Part shown: in pieces, positions 53,737 to 64,000 of the stretch
Layout: each line of letters starts with the position of its first letter
How positions within the stretch are numbered: position 1 is the stretch's first letter
Source of the DNA: the human T2T-CHM13v2.0 reference genome, Homo sapiens
DNA: 64,000 nucleotides
Strand: one strand, 5' to 3'
NCBI RefSeq assembly: GCF_009914755.1
Contig: NC_060948.1
The notes under the pieces: generated by a model
The model's input: only the letters and a program-made list of their open reading frames with translations
Told to the model about the DNA's origin: nothing
The model's database searches: none
Position numbers and translations under genes: made by a program

Positions 53737-56700
53737 GAATTCATTGGAATGGAAGGGAATGTAGTGTAATGGACAGGCCTGGAATAAAGTGGAATGCTAC
53801 GGTCTCGAATGGTATAAAAATGTATGGAATGGAATGCAATGAAACGGAATCGAATGTCATAGAATGTAATGGAATGCAAAAAAATGGAATCCAAAATCAT
53901 TGACTGGAAAGGCTGGGTATCGAAAGGAATTGACTCCAATGGAATGGAATCGAATGGAATGGAAGTGAATAGAATCGAACTAAATCGAATGGAATGGAAT
54001 TGATAGGAACGGAATGGAAAGGAATGCAATGATTTGGCATGGAATGCAATCGAATGGCATCGAATGGAATGGAATGGAATGCAATGGAATGGAATGTATT
54101 AGAATGTAATGAACTTTAATGGAATGTACTCGAATGGATTCGACTGGAATGGAATGTTCTGGAAGTGAATGGACTCCAATGGAATGGATTCCAAAGGAAT
54201 GGAATCGTACGGAATGGAATCTAATGGAATGGAATTAAATGGAAATGAATCAAATTGAATAGCACGGAATTGAATTGAATGGAATGGAATGCAATGGAAT
54301 CTAATGAAACGGAAAGGAAAGGAATGGAATGGAATGGAATGGGCTGGAATGGAAAGGAATCGAAACGAATGGAATGGAATCGAAGTGAAGAGACTGGAAT
54401 GGAATGCACTGGAATGGAAGGGAGTGTAATGGAAGGTTCTCGAAAAAAATGGAATCGAATGGAATGGAATTGAATGGAACGGAATAGAGTCGAATGGAAT
54501 TGAATGGAATGGAATGGACTAGAGTGAAATGGAATCGAACCACAAGGAATGGACAGGAATAGAATGGTCTCGAATTGAATGGAATCGTATGGAATGGCAT
54601 CAAACGGAATGGAATGGACAGCCACGGAATGGAATGCACTCGAATGCAATGGAGTCGAAACTAATGGACTGGAATAGAATGGACTCGACTGGTACGGACT
54701 CCAATGGAATGGAATCGAATGGAAGGGAATCGAACGGAATGGACTCGAAGGGAAAAGACTGCAATGGAAAGGTCTCGAATGGAATGGAAATTAATGGAAT
54801 GGAATGGAATCGAATGAAATGGAGTCAAAAGGAATGGAATCGAATGGCAAGAAATCGAATGTAATGGAATCGCAAGGAATTGATGTGAACGGAACGGAAT
54901 GGAATGGAATCCAAAGGAATGGAATATAATGGAATGGAATCGAATGGAAAGGACTCGAATGGAAATCACTCGAATAGAATGCAATTTAATAAAATAGGAT
55001 CAAATGTAATGGAATGGAATGGAAAGGAATCGAAACGAAAGGAATGGAGACAGATGGAATGGAATGGAACAGAGAGCAATGGTATAGAATGGAATGGAAT
55101 CATCTGGAATGGAATTGAATGGAATGGAATAATATGAAATGGAATGGAATGGAATGGAATGGAATGCCCTTGAATTAAATGGACCGGACTCGAACAGAGT
55201 GGAATGGAAAGTGTTGAGATAGAATGGAATGGACTCCTTTGGAATGGTGTAGTATGCAATGCAATCGACTGGCAGGGAATCAAAAGGAATGTAATCGAAT
55301 GGATTGGACTGGAATGCAATGGACTCGAATAGATTGGAAACGGAATGCAAAGGAATAGAATGGAATAGTATGGAATGGAATGGAAAGGAATGGAGTGGAA
55401 TAGACTAGAGTGGAATGGAATGGACTGGAAAGCAATGGACTGGAATGGAACTTTCTTGAATGGACTGGAATCAAACGGAATGGAATGCAATGCAATCAAA
55501 TGGCATGGAATAAAATAGAATGAAAGAGAATCAAATGGAATTGAATTGAATGGAATCGAATGGATTGGAAAGGAATAGAATGGAATGGAATGGAATTGAC
55601 TCAAATGGAATGGACTAGAATGGAATGGATTCGAATGGAAGGCAAAGGAATGGAATCTATTGGAATGGACTGTAATGGAATGGAATGGAAGGGATTGGAA
55701 TGGACTCGAATGGAATGGACTGCAATAGAAAGGACTCGAATGGAATGAAAAAGAATTGAATGGAATAGAACAGAATGGAATCAAATCGAATGAAATGGAA
55801 TGGAATAGAAAGGAATGGAATGAAATGGAATGGAAAGGATTCGAATGGAATGCAATCGAATGGAATGGAATCGAACGGAATGGAATAAAATGGAAGAAAA
55901 CTGGCAAGAAATGGAATCGAAAGGAATGGAGTGTTATGGAACGGACTCAAAAGGAATTGAATGTAATAGAATGGAGTGGAGTGGACTCGAATATAATGGA
56001 CTGGAATGGAATGAAATCACATGGAATGGGAACGAATGGAATGGAATGGAAAGGAATGGAATCGAATGGAAAGGAATCGAATGGAAGGGAATGAAATTGA
56101 ATCAACAGGAATGGAAGGGAATAGAATAGACGGTAATGGAATGGACTCGAATAGAATGGACACGAATGCTCAAATTGAATGGACTCGAATGGAATGGAAA
56201 GGAAAGGAATGTCATCGAATGGAATTGAATCGATTGGAATGAAATCGCATAGAATGGAGTGGAATCAAATGGAATTGAATCGAAAGGAAAGGAAGCGAAT
56301 GGACTGAAATGAAATGGAATGGAATTGAATGGAAAGTAATGCAATGGAATAGAATGGAACGAAATTTCACGGAATGGAATCAAACTGAATGGAATCAAAT
56401 CAATGGAATCTAATCAAATGGAATGGAAAGGAATTGAATGGAGTAGATTGGATTGGATGGGATTGGAATGAAATGTACTGGAAAGGACTCGAATTTCATG
56501 AAACGGAATGGAATGAATTGGAACGGAATGGACTCGAATGGAATGGAATGTCATCGAATGGCATCAAATGGAATGGCATCAAATGGAATGGAATCGAATG
56601 CAATGGAATGCTATGGAATGGAATGGAATGCATTGGAATGGAATGTCCTCTAATGGAATGGATTCGAGTGGAATGGAATCGAATATAATGGAGTCGAATG

Positions 56701-57275
56701 AAATGGAATTGAAAAGAATGGGATCGAATACAATGGAATATACTGGAATGTAATGTAATGAACTCGAATGTAATTGACTGGAATGGAATGTACATGAATG
56801 GAATGTAATCGAATGGAAAGTAATCCAATGGAATAGAATGTAATGCAATAAAATCGACTCAGATAGAGTAGAATGTAATGGAATGGAGTGCAGTGCAATG
56901 GAATGGAATGGAATGGAATGCAATGGAATGGAATGGAATGGAATGGAATGGGATGGAATGGTATGGAATGGATAGTAATGGACTGGAGTGAAATGGACTG
57001 GAATGGAATGGACTCAAATTGAAAGGGCTCGAAAGGAATGGAGACAAATGGAATGGTCTGGAATGGAATGAACACGAATGTAATGCAATCCAATAGAATG
57101 GAGTCGAATGGCATGGAATATAAAGAAATGGAATCGAAGAGAATGGAAACAAATGGAATGGAATTGAATGGAATGGAATTGAATGGAATGGGAACGAATG
57201 GAGTGAAATTGTATGCAGTAGAAGAGAATAGAATGGAATGCAAGCGAAAGGAAAGGAATGGATTGGAATGGAATG
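53737..57275 (+). repeat. Unit 16, subtype B with C-like tail, 3539 bp
   Basis: GAATTC at 53737 and 57276. ggaccgg at 55181, with C-type variants from ~56200. Confidence 0.85.
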
Positions 57276-60200
57276 GAATTCATTGGAATGGAAGGGAATG
57301 TAGTGTAATGGACAGGCCTGGAATAAAGTGGAATGCTACGGTCTCGAATGGTATAAAAATGTATGGAATGGAATGCAATGAAACGGAATCGAATGTCATA
57401 GAATGTAATGGAATGCAAAAAAATGGAATCCAAAATCATTGACTGGAAAGGCTGGGTGTCGAAAGGAATTGACTCCAATGGAATGGAATCGAATGGAATG
57501 GAAGTGAATAGAATCGAACTAAATCGAATGGAATGGAATTGATAGGAACGGAATGGAAAGGAATGCAATGATTTGGCATGGAATGCAATCGAATGGCATC
57601 GAATGGAATGGAATGGAATGCAATGGAATGGAATGTATTAGAATGTAATGAACTTTAATGGAATGTACTCGAATGGATTCGACTGGAATGGAATGTTCTG
57701 GAAGTGAATGGACTCCAATGGAATGGATTCCAAAGGAATGGAATCGTACGGAATGGAATCTAATGGAATGGAATTAAATGGAAATGAATCAAATTGAATA
57801 GCACGGAATTGAATTGAATGGAATGGAATGCAATGGAATCTAATGAAACGGAAAGGAAAGGAATGGAATGGAATGGAATGGGCTGGAATGGAAAGGAATC
57901 GAAACGAATGGAATGGAATCGAACTGAAGAGACTGGAATGGAATGCACTGGAATGGAAGGGAGTGTAATGGAAGGTTCTCGAAAAAAATGCAATCGAATG
58001 GAATGGAATTGAATGGAACGGAATAGAGTCGAATGGAATTGAATGGAATGGAATGGACTAGAGTGAAATGGAATCGAACCACAAGGAATGGACAGGAATA
58101 GAATGGTCTCGAATTGAATGGAATCGTATGGAATGGCATCAAACGGAATGGAATGGACAGCCACGGAATGGAATGCACTCGAATGCAATGGAGTCGAAAC
58201 TAATGGACTGGAATAGAATGGACTCGACTGGTACGGACTCCAATGGAATGGAATCGAATGGAAGGGAATCGAACGGAATGGACTCGAAGGGAAAAGACTG
58301 CAATGGAAAGGTCTCGAATGGAATGGAAATTAATGGAATGGAATGGAATCGAATGAAATGGAGTCAAAAGGAATGGAATCGAATGGCAAGAAATCGAATG
58401 TAATGGAATCGCAAGGAATTGATGTGAACGGAACGGAATGGAATGGAATCCAAAGGAATGGAATAGAATGGAATGGAATCGAATGGAAAGGACTCGAATG
58501 GAAATCACTCGAATAGAATGCAATTTAATAAAATAGGATCAAATGTAACGGAATGGAATGGAAAGGAATCGAAACGAAAGGAATGGAGACAGATGGAATG
58601 GAATGGAACAGAGAGCAATGGTATAGAATGGAATGGAATCATCTGGAATGGAATTGAATGGAATGGAATAATATGAAATGGAATGGAATGGAATGGAATG
58701 GAATGCCCTTGAATTAAATGGACTGGACTCGAACAGAGTGGAATGGAAAGTGTTGAGATAGAATGGAATGGACTCCTTTGGAATGGTGTAGTATGCAATG
58801 CAATCGACTGGCAGGGAATCAAAAGGAATGTAATGGAATGGATTGGACTGGAATGCAATGGACTCGAATAGATTGGAAACGGAATGCAAAGGAATAGAAT
58901 GGAATAGTATGGAATGGAATGGAAAGGAATGGAGTGGAATAGACTAGAGTGGAATGGAATGGACTGGAAAGCAATGGACTGGAATGGAACTTTCTTGAAT
59001 GGACTGGAATCAAACGGAATGGAATGCAATGCAATCAAATGGCATGGAATAACATAGAATGAAAGAGAATCAAATGGAATTGAATCGAATGGAATCGAAT
59101 GGATTGGAAAGGAATAGAATGGAATGGAATGGAATTGACTCAAATGGAATGGACTAGAATGGAATGGATTCGAATGGAAGGCAAAGGAATGGAATCTATT
59201 GGAATGGACTGTAATGGAATGGAATGGAAGGGATTGGAATGGACTCGAATGGAATGGACTGCAATAGAAAGGACTCGAATGGAATGAAAAATAATTGAAT
59301 GGAATAGAACAGAATGGAATCAAATCGAATGAAATGGAATGGAATAGAAAGGAATGGAATGAAATGGAATGGAAAGGATTCGAATGGAATGCAATCGAAT
59401 GGAATGGAATCGAACGGAATGGAATAAAATGGAAGAAAACTGGCAAGAAATGGAATCGAAAGGAATGGAGTGTTATGGAACGGACTCAAAAGGAATTGAA
59501 TGTAATAGAATGGAGTGGAGTGGACTCGAATATAATGGACTGGAATGGAATGAAATCACATGGAATGGGAACGAATGGAATGGAATGGAAAGGAATGGAA
59601 TCGAATGGAAAGGAATCGAATGGAAGGGAATGAAATTGAATCAACAGGAATGGAAGGGAATAGAATAGACGGTAATGGAATGGACTCGAATAGAATGGAC
59701 ACGAATGCTCAAATTGAATGGACTCGAATGGAATGGAAACGAAAGGAATGTCATCGAATGGAATTGAATCGATTGGAATGAAATGGCATAGAATGGAGTG
59801 GAATCAAATGGAATTGAATCGAAAGGAAAGGAAGCGAAGGGACTGAAATTAAATGGAATGGAATTGAATGGAAAGTAATGCAATGGAATAGAATGGAACG
59901 AAATTTCACGGAATGGAATCAAACTGAATGGAATCAAATCAATGGAATCTAATCAAATGGAATGGAAAGGAATTGAATGGAATAGATTGGATTGGATGGG
60001 ATTGGAATGAAATGTACTGGAAAGGACTCGAATTTCATGAAACGGAATGGAATGAATTGGAACGGAGTGGACTCGAATGGAATGGAATGTCATGGAATGG
60101 CATCAAATGGAATGGCATCAAATGGAATGGAATCGAATGCAATGGAATGCTATGGAATGGAATGGAATGCATTGGAATGGAATGTCCTCTAATGGAATGG

Positions 60201-60814
60201 ATTCGAGTGGAATGGAATCGAATATAATGGAGTCGAATGAAATGGAATTGAAAGGAATGGGATCGAATACAATGGAATATACTGGAATGTAATGTAATGA
60301 ACTCGAATGTAATTGACTGGAATGGAATGTACATGAATGGAATGTAATCGAATGGAAAGTAATCCAATGGAATAGAATCTAATGCAATAAAATCGACTCA
60401 GATAGAGTAGAATGTAATGGAATGGAGTGCAGTGCAATGCAATTGAATGGAATGGAATGCAATGGATTGGAATGGAATGGAATGGAATGGAATGGAATGG
60501 AATGGGATGGAATGGTATGGAATGGATAGTAATGGACTGGAGTGAAATGGACTGGAAAGGAATGGACTCAAATTGAAAGGGCTCGAAAGGAATGGAGTCA
60601 AATGGAATGGTCTGGAATGGAATGAACACGAATGTAATGCAATCCAATAGAATGGAATCGAATGGCATGGAATATAAAGAAATGGAATCGAAGAGAATGG
60701 AAACAAATGGAATGGAATTTAATGGAATGGGAACGAATGGAGTGAAATTGTATGCAGTAGAAGAGAATAGAATGGAATGCAAGCGAAAGGAAAGGAATGG
60801 ATTGGAATGGAATG
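57276..60814 (+). repeat. Unit 17, subtype B with long-tract tail, 3539 bp
   Basis: GAATTC at 57276 and 60815. B deletion reads ggactggactcg near 58720. 8-pentamer tract and 15 bp deletion in the tail. Confidence 0.9.
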
Positions 60815-63800
60815 GAATTCATTGGAATGGAAGGGAATGTAGTGTAATGGACAGGCCTGGAATAAAGTGGAATGCTACGGTCTCGAATGGAATAAAAATG
60901 TATGGAATGGAATGCAATGAAACGGAATCGAATGTCATAGAATGTAATGGAATGCAAAAAAATGGAATCCAAAATCATTGACTGGAAAGGCTGGGTGTCG
61001 AAAGGAATTGACTCCAATGGAATGGAATCGAATGGAATGGAAGTGAATAGAATCGAACTAAATCGAATGGAATGGAATTGATAGGAACGGAATGGAAAGG
61101 AATGCAATGATTTGGCATGGAATGGAATCGAATGGCATCGAATGGAATGGAATGGAATGCAATGGAATGGAATGTATTAGAATGTAATGAACTTTAATGG
61201 AATGTACTCGAATGGATTCGACTGGAATGGAATGTTCTGGAAGTGAATGGACTCCAATGGAATGGATTCCAAAGGAATGGAATCGTACGGAATGGAATCT
61301 AATGGAATGGAATTAAATGGAAATGAATCAAATTGAATAGCACGGAATTGAATTGAATGGAATGGAATGCAATGGAATCTAATGAAACGAAAAGGAAAGG
61401 AATGGAATGGAATGGAATGGACTGGAATGGAAAGGAATCGAAACGAATGGAATGGAATCGAACTGAAGAGACTGGAATGGAATGCACTGGAATGGAAGGG
61501 AGTGTAATGGAAGGTTCTCGAAAAAAATGCAATCGAATGGAATGGAATTGAATGGAACGGAATAGAGTCGAATGGAATTGAATGGAATGGAATGGACTAG
61601 AGTGAAATGGAATCGAACCACAAGGAATGGACAGGAATAGAATGGTCTCGAATTGAATGGAATCGTATGGAATGGCATCAAACGGAATGGAATGGACAGC
61701 CACGGAATGGAATGCACTCGAATGCAATGGAGTCGAAACTAATGGACTGGAATAGAATGGACTCGACTGGTACGGACTCCAATGGAATGGAATCGAATGG
61801 AAGGGAATCGAACGGAATGGACTCGAAGGGAAAAGACTGCAATGGAAAGGTCTCGAATGGAATGGAAATTAATGGAATGGAATGGAATCGAATGAAATGG
61901 AGTCAAAAGGAATGGAATCGAATGGCAAGAAATCGAATGTAATGGAATCGCAAGGAATTGATGTGAACGGAATGGAATGGAATGGAATCCAAAGGAATGG
62001 AATAGAATGGAATGGAATCGAATGGAAAGGACTCGAATGGAAATCACTCGAATAGAATGCAATTTAATAAAATAGGATCAAATGTAATGGAATGGAATGG
62101 AAAGCAATCGAAACGAAAGGAATGGAGACAGATGGAATGGAATAGAACAGAGAGCAATGGTATAGAATGGAATGGAATCATCTGGAATGGAATTGAATGG
62201 AATGGAATAATATGAAATGGAATGGAATGGAATGGAATGGAATGCCCTTGAATTAAATGGACTGGAATGGAATGGACTCGAACAGAGTGGAATGGAAAGT
62301 GTTGAGATAAAATGGAATGGACTCCTTTGGAATGGTGTAGTATGCAATACAATCGACTGGCAGGGAATCAAAAGGAATGTAATCGAATGGATTGGACTGG
62401 AATGCAATGGACTCGAATAGATTGCAAACGGAATGCAAAGGAATGGAATGGAATAGTATGGAATGGAATGGAAAGGAATGGAGTGGAATAGACTAGAGTG
62501 GAATGGAATGGACTGGAAAGCAATGGACTGGAATGGAACTTTCTTGAATGGACTGGAATCAAACGGAATGGAATGCAATGCAATCAAATGGCATGGAATA
62601 AAATAGAATGAAAGAGAATCAAATGGAATTGAATCGAATGGAATCGAATGGATTGGAAAGAATAGAATGGAATGGAATGGAATGGACTAGAATGGAATGG
62701 ATTCGAATGGAAGGCAAAGGAATGGAATCTATTGGAATGGACTGTAATGGAATGGAATGGAAGGGATTGGAATGGACTCGAATGGAATTGACTGCAATAG
62801 AAAGGATTCGAATGGAATGAAAAAGAATTGAATGGAATAGAACAGAATGGAATCAAATCGAATGAAATGGAATGGAATAGAAAGGAATGGAATGAAATGG
62901 AATGGAAAGGATTCGAATGGAATGCAATCGAATGGAATGGAATCGAACGGAATGGAATAAAATGGAAGAAAACTGGCAAGAAATGGAATCGAAATGAATG
63001 GAGTGTTATGGAACGGACTCAAAAGGAATTGAATGTAATAGAATGGAGTGGAGTGGACTCGAATATAATGGACTGGAATGGAATGAAATCACATGGAATG
63101 GGAACGAATGGAATGGAATGGAAAGGAATGGAATCGAATGGAAAGGAATCGAATGGAAGGGAATGAAATTGAATCAACAGGAATGGAAGGGAATAGAATA
63201 GACGGTAATGGAATGGACTCGAATAGAATGGACACGAATGCTCAAATTGAATGGACTCGAAAGGAATGGAAAGGAAAGGAATGTCATCGAATGGAATTGA
63301 ATCGATTGGAATGAAATCGCATAGAATGGAGTGGAATCAAATGGAATTGAATCGAAAGGAAAGGAAGCGAATGGACTGAAATGAAATGGAATGGAATTGA
63401 ATGGAAAGTAATGCAATGGAATAGAATGGAACGAAATTTCACGGAACGGAATCAAACTGAATGGAATCAAATCAATGGAATCTAATCAAATGGAATGGAA
63501 AGGAATTGAATGGAGTAGATTGGATTGGATGGGATTGGAATGAAATGTACTGGAAAGGACTCGAATTTCATGAAACGGAATGGAATGAATTGGAACGGAA
63601 TGGACTCGAATGGAATGGAATGTCATCGAATGGCATCAAATGGAATGACATCAAATGGAATGGAATCGAATGCAATGGAATGCTATGGAATGGAATGGAA
63701 TGCATTGGAATGGAATGTCCTCTAATGGAATGGATTCGAGTGGAATGGAATCGAATATAATGGAGTCGAATGAAATGGAATTGAAAAGAATGGGATCGAA

Positions 63801-64000
63801 TACAATGGAATATACTGGAATGTAATGTAATGAACTCGAATGTAATTGACTGGAATGGAATGTACATGAATGGAATGTAATCGAATGAAAAGTAATCCAA
63901 TGGAATAGAATGTAATGCAATAAAATCGACTCAGATAGAGTAGAATGTAATGGAATGGAGTTCAGTGCAATGGAATGGAATGGAATGGAATGCAATGGAA
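60815..64000 (+). repeat. Unit 18 (partial), subtype C
   Basis: GAATTC at 60815. C markers near 62660. Tail markers as in units 12 and 15. Truncated by the window end. Confidence 0.9.

Larger units (their letters stand above)
1..64000 (+). repeat. DYZ1: Human satellite III (GGAAT)n array, DYZ1-type ~3.5 kb higher-order repeat (Yq12 heterochromatin)
   Basis: Diverged GGAAT pentamers run continuously across the window. Distinctive motifs (acaggcctggaataaagtgg, ggaaaggctgggtgtcg, gcccttgaattaaa) recur every 3533-3554 bp. One GAATTC and one GGCC were seen per unit, matching the classical ~3.4-3.6 kb HaeIII/EcoRI DYZ1 unit. The Y assignment rests on recognising these hallmarks, not on a database search. 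Confidence 0.93.

Noticed and set aside
1-64000. CRISPR-like repeat/spacer array, mobile element, Alu or DYZ2 (AT-rich HSat1B) block
   Set aside because: No unique spacers, no non-satellite sequence, and no AT-rich or Alu-derived segment was seen. Every part aligns by eye with the 3.5 kb unit.

Overview
The whole 64 kb window is one uninterrupted human satellite III array with (GGAAT)n on the + strand. It is organised as a ~3.54 kb higher-order unit with one EcoRI site and one HaeIII/StuI site per unit, the hallmarks of the Y-chromosome Yq12 DYZ1 repeat. There are 17 complete EcoRI-to-EcoRI units (3533-3554 bp) plus two partial ones, all head-to-tail. I saw no inversions, mobile elements or credible genes, and all ORFs look like translation artefacts of the pentamer. 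Points of interest: (i) three perfect nGAAnnTTCnnGAAn heat-shock elements are retained in every unit (54 in the window); (ii) the units fall into three indel-defined subtypes, ordered A B A B/A B A B C C B C C C B C B B C; (iii) diagnostic variants recur with an imperfect ~10.6 kb (3-unit) super-period; (iv) several units are recombinant mosaics; (v) a hypervariable pure (GGAAT)n tract is linked to a 15 bp deletion. I found no novel protein-coding system. All comparisons were made by eye, not by alignment.
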